27,331 nt of DNA from a virus (Duplodnaviria; Caudoviricetes), in the IMG/VR virus record IMGVR_UViG_3300005805_000377, positions 1 through 27,331 of that record. One strand, written 5' to 3'. The notes under the pieces are model-generated. The model saw only the letters and a list, made by a program, of their open reading frames with translations. It had not been told where the DNA came from and did not search any database. Position 1 is the stretch's first letter. Every line of letters begins with the position of its first letter. Shown in pieces: positions 20,301 through 26,964 of this stretch. A program made the position numbers and the translations under genes.

Positions 20301-21224
20301 CCAGAGTTCTACACTGACCGCTACGCACCACTGCGTAATAGCATTGAGACATTGCTAGACGACGGTACGTGGTCACGTATCCGTGCTGGCATTGGTGTTG
20401 CCGGTGTAGACATGTCTACGCCATCACTGATCCGTGGAGCAGGACAGCTATTTGCTGGTGCAGATATGCGTAACGCATTGAGCCTAGCATCAGGACCACG
20501 TATCAATGATACACGGGATGCTCCTGGCTATACGCAGTCGTCCTTGAACAAGGACCCTGTTAACAAGTACGCTGCTACGATACTAGAGACAATGGTTGGC
20601 CTAGGTGGTCAGACACTACTAGAGCTAATGCGTACCTACGGATACTCGTATGAGATCAAAGGTAACGCAGGAGCCATGTCTGCTGTAGCAGAGCAGTATG
20701 GGCTAACTGCTACTAGCAGCGGCTCATCCCGTATCCTATTCGGTGGTAACCGTCGTCTACGTGTCAATGACATGGTAGGTGATGAAGTACGTAAGAGTGA
20801 GGAAAAGCTGCAAGCTATTGGTAAAGACTTTAGCAACATTGCAGGTGAAGGTACCATTGGTAACATGAGCACTGCTCGTCCTAGTCCGTACGGTGCAGGT
20901 AAGGAAGGTGTCCCACCTGATATGATTGAACCGCTTGCAGCGTTCAAGGACTTGTACAATAAGCTATCACCACTGCGTGATATGCGTAAGATGCAGAGTG
21001 ATGAAATGCGTGATGCAATGTCCAGTCCGCAGCTACGTAGTAATCCTACGCAACTGCGGAAGGTACAGAATGAACATGCAATGAACATTCGTAGCATCAA
21101 TGCAGGCATCTATCATCACATAGATGCAATGGAGAAGCAGTTACAAGCACGGACTGGAAGGGCCGTGAGATTACAGGACCTAGACCCGTTGAAGGGACTA
21201 GATCAGTTCGCTGTGTTGGAGTGA
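17331..21224 (+). CDS. Large putative internal virion (ejection) protein
   Basis: 1297 aa, last gene of the virion arm. N-terminal NPF/DPF repeats (DNPFENIL, DDPFAALL, DDPFASLL) and Ala-rich helical composition. GTG start overlaps the previous stop. Confidence 0.65.
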   Translation: MSDNPFENILNENDDPFAALLTDAVKPKKGLAALGVPLYARDAVRSVASVPSDVARLVGMTGAETIGDWGNRTNEWINENISPEARFDQEPGRAAIQLGAQALIPVPGLGLATAGARMAPGAAKGVVQGLARGTELVLPGTAPFSKGNVALNAATAVGLGAGTEELVDQAYPQQVPVPQPDRAAAPEIDAPPRVTVPNVQGQAAAVDDPFASLLDVAPEGNPYARFIVDQLPWALLLGGGAAITAAARGGMRRGTAADVANTQGMTQPGTPNTITSSNTMGEGLEAGIFNNLETLTNRLNDAVKVGNIPREAADAQINANYINLREAVNNDRMSEFMNTGILDNTHRVDISPRTMFNEAALLTPEQRTKWSDLMAAADEHDVRQENIVRGKMSNTGEPDRVALGDKSYAELKQLIADGRADPTIAALEQAYRAINNKVLDFAAARGTFSVDEIAAMRAKGPNYMHRVVKDMTIQRNNGAGMPLSTGVEGNSPLNARSRAEDAGPLRMQDPALAMEDGIRQTLDFIHRNEAIRDFAKSTASNMLDPATGTYVPRGNDIRGVGRILPASARAADGYVGIKFNDGASKLQVELDQGLAAAAMPYPRTTVPIFNGLRILEQNATTGLVGALLGNVQAFVSTLTSAATAMVTAPSKLRAGYIDAAIRKMTGGTVNIRQLGITDPTFALQLVDSVIRDLGAHTAASLADTLSRSVNKNGYVARMLGPQRAQDIATAMTRAYENSWTHYMRREGLLSQGIAYAADSRPTHTNIANMSAEYAQSMPYGGNAASIFDVRSKAQFDEWMAKTSNRAISPSLRRAWHFYSRALDLISNSPQSALFRANINHMAGKEKELVGLARTVVGDAAQYGGYKGVQAATSMLTYQNIAMQAAHQVFKSAQREPLATAARMGTLGSMLSLIMLHSAISSDEEALAEGRPANSVAHMVTRDANDAARSFRFYTGSENPEDSIRIPIDGALSPFFSAILAGLTEAFDVTNPEFYTDRYAPLRNSIETLLDDGTWSRIRAGIGVAGVDMSTPSLIRGAGQLFAGADMRNALSLASGPRINDTRDAPGYTQSSLNKDPVNKYAATILETMVGLGGQTLLELMRTYGYSYEIKGNAGAMSAVAEQYGLTATSSGSSRILFGGNRRLRVNDMVGDEVRKSEEKLQAIGKDFSNIAGEGTIGNMSTARPSPYGAGKEGVPPDMIEPLAAFKDLYNKLSPLRDMRKMQSDEMRDAMSSPQLRSNPTQLRKVQNEHAMNIRSINAGIYHHIDAMEKQLQARTGRAVRLQDLDPLKGLDQFAVLE

Positions 21225-21229
21225 TGTAG

Positions 21230-21445
21230 TCATTCTACATCCTCCAATCCATTCTTCCTTAACCACCAATCCGCAATGCGGATATCTTCATCTTTGACAA
21301 CAAGGTCGTCACCGCCTTCGCATACACTGCGTGGTACCCACACAGGCATGTCTGCGCTCTCTAGTATTAGAAGCACAGCCTTCGGTGTGCATCGTTCTAC
21401 AATGCCAGCCATGGCAATGTACTTGACTTCATCACGCTTACTCAT
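21230..21445 (-). CDS. Small hypothetical phage protein
   Basis: 71 aa with a 'TPKAVLL...VWVPRS' pattern common in small phage proteins. ATGA overlap with the upstream stop. Confidence 0.7.
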   Translation of the reverse strand: MSKRDEVKYIAMAGIVERCTPKAVLLILESADMPVWVPRSVCEGGDDLVVKDEDIRIADWWLRKNGLEDVE

Positions 21446-21768
21446 ACTTCATCCCTTCCCATCATAGCGAACCATCGCCGATGGTTTGCCTTCTTACGTT
21501 CAACACGTTCAGTAATCGCATCAGCATTGAGTCCGAAGTGTTCGATTGCTAATTCAGACAACACACGCACATCAGCTAGTTCCTCTTGCAGCCAGAGTCG
21601 GTTGACTTTACCTGTAACAGGTTCTACTTCATCCAATCCTTGAATAAATGCTCGTGCGGTTGCTGAAGTAGCTTCACCAAGTTCCTCTAACAACTTACCT
21701 ACGAGCTTCTTATCCACAGGATTTGTCATGAGTACCCATGGCGATACAGTATCACTCATACTTCATCC
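21440..21768. repeat. 15-bp direct repeat flanking the MazG-like gene
   Basis: ACTCATACTTCATCC at 21440-21454 and 21754-21768. On the minus strand this is GGATGAAGTATGAGT, containing the start codon of the following gene in each case. Confidence 0.85.
21442..21759 (-). CDS. MazG-like NTP pyrophosphohydrolase domain protein
   Basis: 'KLLEELGEA...LQEELADV' carries the paired EExxE / EExxD acidic motifs of the MazG/all-alpha NTP-PPase fold. Confidence 0.7.
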   Translation of the reverse strand: MSDTVSPWVLMTNPVDKKLVGKLLEELGEATSATARAFIQGLDEVEPVTGKVNRLWLQEELADVRVLSELAIEHFGLNADAITERVERKKANHRRWFAMMGRDEV

Positions 21769-23002
21769 TCTCTAACACAGTCTGTTGTAGTGATCTCACT
21801 AATAACTTATTCGTACCACGCCATATGGTCTTAGCACGACCATGTGTCTTCACCTCGAACCGAGATACCATCTCTAGCTCATTCATGATAGTCAATGCGT
21901 ACTCTAACTCACGTGAGCGTAGTGCATTGCGTACCTTGTAGCTAATCTCATTCTGGCTTAGTCCTGCCGCACCGGCGTTCGCCAGTAACAGGCGGAGTCT
22001 ATCGACGCCATTGACCAATTTGTGCGAGTCTCTATCCGCTCCGAATAGATCAGTGGCACCGTCCTTGTGGTGCTTGATGATCCGCACAGCGTGTCTGATG
22101 TGGAACACATCAATGATAAATGATCTATCGTTAACTGCAAGCAGCCCTGCGAGTCGTAATATGTGATGGTCCTCTCTCGCTTCAAATGAAGTGGTGAATG
22201 GATCATGTGTATCTGGCTTACGTCCTTCGTACCATCGTACGAACTCTGCTTTAGCGTTATCTGTAAGGGTGATACCTCTGTTACTGTATCTGCGCACATC
22301 CTCTTGTATCCTATGCAATGAGTTAACGCAAGTGCTAACGTAATCAGCACCTGCTGATGGATCAGGCCATGCTACTACACGTTTACGCTTTTCTTCAATG
22401 ATGAACAAGCACCGTGAAGTGAACCCTCCTTCGATTACATCAGGATTGATAGCACGTACTAGCCAGCTAGGAGTACTAGCTGCTAGGAAGGATACAAAGA
22501 TATCACGGATAGCCATATTCTCACTGCTGACACGCTTTACATCACGTATGTCAGGACAGTCATACAAGTCTGTCAACAGTCCTGGCATACCCATGGTATA
22601 GTGTTCCTTACCAAGGAATGTAACTAACTCACTGACAATAATGTTAGCATTAGCAGGTAAGTCTGTGGCTGTTCGCACTAACAGTTCTGCTGTCAACGCC
22701 TCTGGACTACATGAGCCAGTAATGATAGCAGCCTGATTATCCAATCCTGCCTTACGGTACACTGCTTCGCATCTACGGATAGCACTACTCTTACGAGTAG
22801 TACCTGCATCAGCGCAGAGGATGGCATAGACATTCATGAACACAGGTGCATGTGGACGCTCTACACGCATGTTACGTGCTACAGCAGAGCTAAGCAGCCA
22901 TAGGCCGCACCAGAAGTCATAGGCTACTGGTGTTTCCAGTGGGTCCATGTAGGACAGATACTGTGCAAGGAATGTGTCATCCTTGACTGCCTCTCGGAAC
23001 AT
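21752..23002 (-). CDS. DUF3987/YfjI-like P-loop ATPase, probable replicative helicase-type protein
   Basis: 'NVYAILCADAGTTRKSSAI' (Walker A-like), 'SPEAL', 'IIVSEL', 'LLTDLYD' and 'GGFTSRCLFI'. Possible C-terminal winged helix. Confidence 0.7.
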   Translation of the reverse strand: MFREAVKDDTFLAQYLSYMDPLETPVAYDFWCGLWLLSSAVARNMRVERPHAPVFMNVYAILCADAGTTRKSSAIRRCEAVYRKAGLDNQAAIITGSCSPEALTAELLVRTATDLPANANIIVSELVTFLGKEHYTMGMPGLLTDLYDCPDIRDVKRVSSENMAIRDIFVSFLAASTPSWLVRAINPDVIEGGFTSRCLFIIEEKRKRVVAWPDPSAGADYVSTCVNSLHRIQEDVRRYSNRGITLTDNAKAEFVRWYEGRKPDTHDPFTTSFEAREDHHILRLAGLLAVNDRSFIIDVFHIRHAVRIIKHHKDGATDLFGADRDSHKLVNGVDRLRLLLANAGAAGLSQNEISYKVRNALRSRELEYALTIMNELEMVSRFEVKTHGRAKTIWRGTNKLLVRSLQQTVLERMKYE

Positions 23003-23519
23003 GCAATGGTTCCTTTACTTTAACGCTGTGTCGATATCTTGCACCACCATGTGTTCCTTTTCTATACTGTGGGAATGGGTGTGACTCTATGTACTGTACC
23101 CACGGCTGCAATGCTGTGAGTAGATAATCCGGTGGACTGGTCCATCCATTCCACCATCCACGCACAGCGTGTGGTGAGCATTGACAATGATATGCTATTT
23201 GCGAAGGTGTTAACTTAACTACATCCATGTAGTGATGTAGCAATGCACCTAGCGCAGCTACTTCTTCACGAATGACTGCACCCTGCCTGTGTCTATGTGG
23301 CACATGCGGTAACGGATGTTCAGCAATGAATGCTGCGAAGTCTGCAACAGCTTGTGCTACATCTAATGGAGCATAGACTTCTGCATAGAACCACTCTCGT
23401 GGTCCTGTATAGCTAGGATCACCTAGCAGTGTAGCTAACTGCTTAGGCTTCCATGTAATATAACGCATGTTAGCTACGAAGTCATCGACTACATCTTCAA
23501 CTTCTTTAAGTTGCTCCAT
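22977..23519 (-). CDS. Hypothetical protein with XRE-like HTH; start uncertain
   Basis: 'LTPSQIAYHCQCSPHAVRGWWNGWTSPP' is an HTH-like segment. The ORF fills the gap between the polymerase and ATPase genes. Confidence 0.55.
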   Translation of the reverse strand: MEQLKEVEDVVDDFVANMRYITWKPKQLATLLGDPSYTGPREWFYAEVYAPLDVAQAVADFAAFIAEHPLPHVPHRHRQGAVIREEVAALGALLHHYMDVVKLTPSQIAYHCQCSPHAVRGWWNGWTSPPDYLLTALQPWVQYIESHPFPQYRKGTHGGARYRHSVKVKEPLHVPRGSQG

Positions 23520-24286
23520 CGGTGCATACCTTGTTCATCTGCGAATGACTCCTTGAAGTCGGCAGGGATGATTAACTGCTCACCTTTGATTATCAATGGT
23601 GCTTCAGCGTACTTACGCAGTAGTCTAGCTACTAGTTGTACATCCTTCTCACGACACATTGCAGTCAATGAGTCATGATTGTTGAATGGTACTCTAGCAT
23701 AGAGTGGCCACTCGTCATCCTCCTGCACTTTCCACTGTACACCGCATACGAAGTCACCAAGTGTAGACTGTGGCTTGAATGCAATGATGCTATCAATGAG
23801 AGACTCATCTATCCTTGATCCGAGGAACTCCATTCGTCTACCGAGACATGTATAGAGTACTCTAGTTGCTTGTACTTCATTGATAATGTCATTCCACCAG
23901 CGTCGGAGTTCAGGAGTTGTACGATGATATAAATCAAAGGCGATGTTAGCTTCTGTAAGCGACATACCAGTGACTCCGGCAAGCCTTGCAGACTGCATCC
24001 GGTAATTAAGTCCATGACGGCACCTCTTGCTAATGCCGCGTAGCGTGAGCTTTCCGTCCGCTTCATAATCATACGTTGGTACGTCACCATAGGATATGTT
24101 GAACATTTCAGACGCAAGCGCAATATGTGCATCGTACGATCCTGGGTTAAGTCTTGCATTCTCAAACTGCTCCTTCCACTTAGCTATGTTAGCTTCATAT
24201 GCCACGATACGTGCCTCTGCCTGCGCACCATCGAAGTATACGAAGTGTAGCTGTTCTTCACGGACACGTTGAATGTGTGCCATCAT
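23489..24286 (-). CDS. polA: Family A DNA polymerase, C-terminal part (motifs A, B, C)
   Basis: Motif A 'YFDGAQAEAR', motif B 'RGISKRCRHGLNYRM', 'TCLGRR', 'PQSTLGD' and motif C 'NNHDSL'. Confidence 0.9.
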   Translation of the reverse strand: MMAHIQRVREEQLHFVYFDGAQAEARIVAYEANIAKWKEQFENARLNPGSYDAHIALASEMFNISYGDVPTYDYEADGKLTLRGISKRCRHGLNYRMQSARLAGVTGMSLTEANIAFDLYHRTTPELRRWWNDIINEVQATRVLYTCLGRRMEFLGSRIDESLIDSIIAFKPQSTLGDFVCGVQWKVQEDDEWPLYARVPFNNHDSLTAMCREKDVQLVARLLRKYAEAPLIIKGEQLIIPADFKESFADEQGMHRWSNLKKLKM

Positions 24287-24504
24287 TACTCGCTGCGACG
24301 AATGTTACTGATATCCTTTAGAGCATATGTCCGTGTTACTTCACGGTCAATATTATATGCTTCTAGCAGCCATTGTGGTTCAGGATGATACTCATTGCTG
24401 CCGAAGTATAACTGTTCAGTTAGGACACGACACTCTGACACTTCTCCACGATAGTTCTTATACGTGAAGGTTAGATACTCACCATCTGTGATGCGCAGCA
24501 ACAT
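24286..24504 (-). CDS. Stand-alone WYL-domain protein inside the split polymerase locus
   Basis: 72 aa 'LTFTYKNYRGEVSECRV...LYFGSNEYHPEPQWLLEAYNIDREVTRTYALKDI' matches the WYL SH3-like pattern. GAGGG SD and TAATG overlaps at both ends. Confidence 0.8.
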   Translation of the reverse strand: MLLRITDGEYLTFTYKNYRGEVSECRVLTEQLYFGSNEYHPEPQWLLEAYNIDREVTRTYALKDISNIRRSE

Positions 24505-24533
24505 TACATGCCCTCATGTTGAATGTGTGCCAT
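24504..24533 (-). other. 9-codon mini-ORF MAHIQHEGM (Pol-C start joined to Pol-N end)
   Basis: ATG GCA CAC ATT CAA CAT GAG GGC ATG TAA, preceded by AAGGA. Its stop overlaps the WYL start codon. Confidence 0.6.
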
Positions 24534-24726
24534 TGTATTCCTTCAACGCAGCAACAACTGCTTTAGCAGCTTCTGATGGATCAAAGCGTTTTGACATAGC
24601 ATAGAGGATCGAATGTGATTGTCCAAAGATAGGACTAAGATATTGTCCCCAAGCATTGGGTTGAGAGTAGATCGTGTCTACGTAATGTTTAGCAAAGTCT
24701 TGTACTGACCACGCACTGATATTCAT
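24514..24726 (-). CDS. Hypothetical 70-aa protein inside the split polymerase locus
   Basis: MNISAWSVQD...EYNGTHST. The ATG at 24726 has GGAGGG 8 nt upstream, so it is preferred over the track start at 24774. Confidence 0.7.
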   Translation of the reverse strand: MNISAWSVQDFAKHYVDTIYSQPNAWGQYLSPIFGQSHSILYAMSKRFDPSEAAKAVVAALKEYNGTHST

Positions 24727-24727
24727 G

Positions 24728-26413
24728 TTACATACCCTCCGGTATCTTAATCTTCGGTGCAATGAACATGCCACGCAACCGCTCAGGTTGGTTCTGTAAG
24801 TTCATACCACTACCCCATAGTGTCTGACTAGATGATAGCCGTCCAGGCACGAACTGTGTGCCGTACTGCTTGTAGTCACTGCGCATACGTCCGTCAGGAT
24901 CGACAGCAGCAGTGATGTATGTGCTATACAGCTTATGCTGTTCCTTGAACTCATTAAGTAGCACTAGCATACGCCGTGCATCCTCAGGTGTACGAGGGTT
25001 CTCAATCATTGTATTACGGTTAGCTTCATCAGTCGATGTAGTCTTACCGATAAGCCGTAGCTTCTGGAACAGCAGTAAGCCTAGCTGCTTAGGCGAGAGA
25101 GGGTTAACATCCAACTCTGGATCGTTAGCAGCAATGCGTGCAGCAGCTTTGAACTCAGCCGCTAGACGGTCTACTTCTAATCCATAGTCATGGTTAAGCT
25201 GCTCACGCATACGTAGGTCTACGTCATTACCTAACACTGTAGCAGTGATAAGGTGCGGCTGTAGTCGCATAACATGGCCATGGAAGAAGTCCCACATCTG
25301 TTGCTGACGTAGCTCAGCCTCTAGCTTACGTGCTACCTCCCAGGTGATGCAACAGTCTTTGACGTTGTACATCCAGAAGGTGGAGATATCTCCGCCTTCA
25401 CGCCATTCATGTATGTCATCCTTGTAGTATGGATGCGAAGTGTACTGCGCGGTGAGAAATGCAAGATTATGTGGCCACGTTGGGTGGAGTGTGTGATGAG
25501 CAAGTAGTGTATCGAGCCATAACGCTTTCGATCGTATCCGATCCTTATACCATAACCATCCACAGTCAAATCCACCATTTTGTGCAACGATCCGCGTTGA
25601 TGCGTGACGGAGTACCCGTTGAATACCTCGTCGAACTTCACGTTCTTCAGAAAGCGACCAACGATTGTCAGTACGTGATCTGAAGTTAATGCACATTCCA
25701 ATGTGAGCATCATTGGCCAAGCCTATACATGCAGTTTCACCAGCAGTAGTCTCAATGTCTAATGCAATAGGCTTGCCTTCCTGTATCATACGATCACACC
25801 ACTGTATCGCCTCCTTCGGTGAAGGATCGTACAAGTGTTCGATCTGATACTCAGACCATTGCCCACGCATGACTGCATCTAACTTAGATACATCTAGGTA
25901 GAAGATGGGTTCTAAGTTAGGCTTACGCATTAGCAATGCAGGATTGTATGAGATAACGTACGTACGCTTACCGTCATTGACTACAGAGCCACGCCACTTC
26001 TCAATGCCAGTGTCACCGACTAGTGCTTCGAGTGCTAGGCCACCGAGGACTAACACATACTTAACATTAGGTAACTGTGATAGTTCCCAATCTAGCAGTG
26101 CTTTCCAATGACTAAGCTCATTCTTCGATAGACCCTCCTTACCCTTCACTCCATCGACTAACTGCTTCTTCACTACATTGGTAATGTAGCAATGCTGTCT
26201 GCGTAAGTTAAACTGTGCTAGCACTTTCCACAGAAACTGTCCACTCCCCCCTACGAGGGGGAGCTTAAGCTGCGTCTCACGCGGCCCTGGTGCCTCGGAT
26301 ACAATGACAACTTCACTATTGAAGTTGCCATCACCGAGGCAGTCATAGGACAGTCCTGCTGCTGTAGCACGTTCTACGAACTTACGGTTCAGCTCTCCTG
26401 TGCTTCCAACCAT
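24728..26413 (-). CDS. polA: Family A DNA polymerase, N-terminal part: UDG-like domain, 3'-5' exonuclease and thumb region
   Basis: Family-4 UDG-like motifs 'IVSEAPGPRE...PLVGGSG', 'YITNVVK' and 'SYNPA'. ExoI 'LDIET', ExoII 'QNGGFD', ExoIII 'YNVKD'. Polymerase motifs 'PGRLSS' and 'NLQNQP'. Ends FIAPKIKIPEGM-stop, before motif A. Confidence 0.9.
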   Translation of the reverse strand: MVGSTGELNRKFVERATAAGLSYDCLGDGNFNSEVVIVSEAPGPRETQLKLPLVGGSGQFLWKVLAQFNLRRQHCYITNVVKKQLVDGVKGKEGLSKNELSHWKALLDWELSQLPNVKYVLVLGGLALEALVGDTGIEKWRGSVVNDGKRTYVISYNPALLMRKPNLEPIFYLDVSKLDAVMRGQWSEYQIEHLYDPSPKEAIQWCDRMIQEGKPIALDIETTAGETACIGLANDAHIGMCINFRSRTDNRWSLSEEREVRRGIQRVLRHASTRIVAQNGGFDCGWLWYKDRIRSKALWLDTLLAHHTLHPTWPHNLAFLTAQYTSHPYYKDDIHEWREGGDISTFWMYNVKDCCITWEVARKLEAELRQQQMWDFFHGHVMRLQPHLITATVLGNDVDLRMREQLNHDYGLEVDRLAAEFKAAARIAANDPELDVNPLSPKQLGLLLFQKLRLIGKTTSTDEANRNTMIENPRTPEDARRMLVLLNEFKEQHKLYSTYITAAVDPDGRMRSDYKQYGTQFVPGRLSSSQTLWGSGMNLQNQPERLRGMFIAPKIKIPEGM

Positions 26414-26964
26414 AGGTTAACTGCCGCCTTGACATTGTATTCGTAGTCACGAATGGAGCCGCTGTTTACCAGCTTGATAGTCTTCACACCAGGGAGTGTG
26501 ATGTAGCTACGACTATCCTTTGTGAAGTCACAGCCGTCACGGTATACTTGTACAATGAGCATGTTCTGCGGACCAACTAGGTCTAACAGTGGGATAGCTT
26601 CCTCAATGAAGCCGCAGTCACTACAGATGTGTAGCTTTGATAGTGCATTCTCAATGCGTCTACGTGCTAGGCGACCGAATACGTCACGACCGAACTTAGG
26701 CTTAGCACATTCTTCACTGAACCATATCTGTAGTTCACGGAATGTGTTATCAAACAGTAGCGGTAACTTGTTATCTTTGTGCTGCTCAATGACTTTAGCA
26801 TCTGTGCTATTCAGTGTGAAGAACGCTGATACCATATCCTTCAATGGCTGCGACATACGGAACCAATGAATGAATGGGTTAGCACTGTAGATGAAGGATG
26901 CAGCAGTGTCCTTACCACTACGTGGTGGACCATTGAATAGGATGATACGCTTTTGCATACTCAT
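26389..26964 (-). CDS. Deoxynucleoside monophosphate kinase-like protein
   Basis: P-loop 'NGPPRSGKDTAA', plus 'SQPLK', 'FRELQI' and 'SDCGFIEE', matching T4 gp1-type dNMP kinase patterns. Confidence 0.8.
   Translation of the reverse strand: MSMQKRIILFNGPPRSGKDTAASFIYSANPFIHWFRMSQPLKDMVSAFFTLNSTDAKVIEQHKDNKLPLLFDNTFRELQIWFSEECAKPKFGRDVFGRLARRRIENALSKLHICSDCGFIEEAIPLLDLVGPQNMLIVQVYRDGCDFTKDSRSYITLPGVKTIKLVNSGSIRDYEYNVKAAVNLWLEAQES

Larger units (their letters stand above)
24268..24533 (-). repeat. 16-bp direct repeat R2 (ATGGCACACATTCAAC)
   Basis: Plus-strand GTTGAATGTGTGCCAT at 24268-24283 and 24518-24533. Encodes MAHIQ in both copies. Confidence 0.9.
24504..24739 (-). repeat. 12-bp near-perfect direct repeat R1 (GAGGGYATGTAA)
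   Basis: GAGGGTATGTAA at 24739-24728 and GAGGGCATGTAA at 24515-24504. Both encode EGM-stop and differ by one synonymous change. Confidence 0.8.

Noticed and set aside
21215-21240. Bidirectional terminator at the convergence of the two arms
   Set aside because: Only 5 nt separate the stop codons, and no hairpin with a U-tract is visible.
22968-22982. Possible third copy of the R2 repeat (GAATGTGTCAT)
   Set aside because: Only a short partial match inside coding sequence, compatible with chance.
24287-24727. Group I/II intron or intein explaining the polymerase interruption
   Set aside because: The gap is fully occupied by two short ORFs. I see no homing endonuclease or reverse transcriptase, no obvious intron core and no intein terminal residues. 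RT-PCR is still needed to exclude splicing formally.
24268-24739. CRISPR-like mini-array
   Set aside because: There are only two copies of each short repeat, the intervening segments are about 200-nt coding genes, and no cas genes are present.
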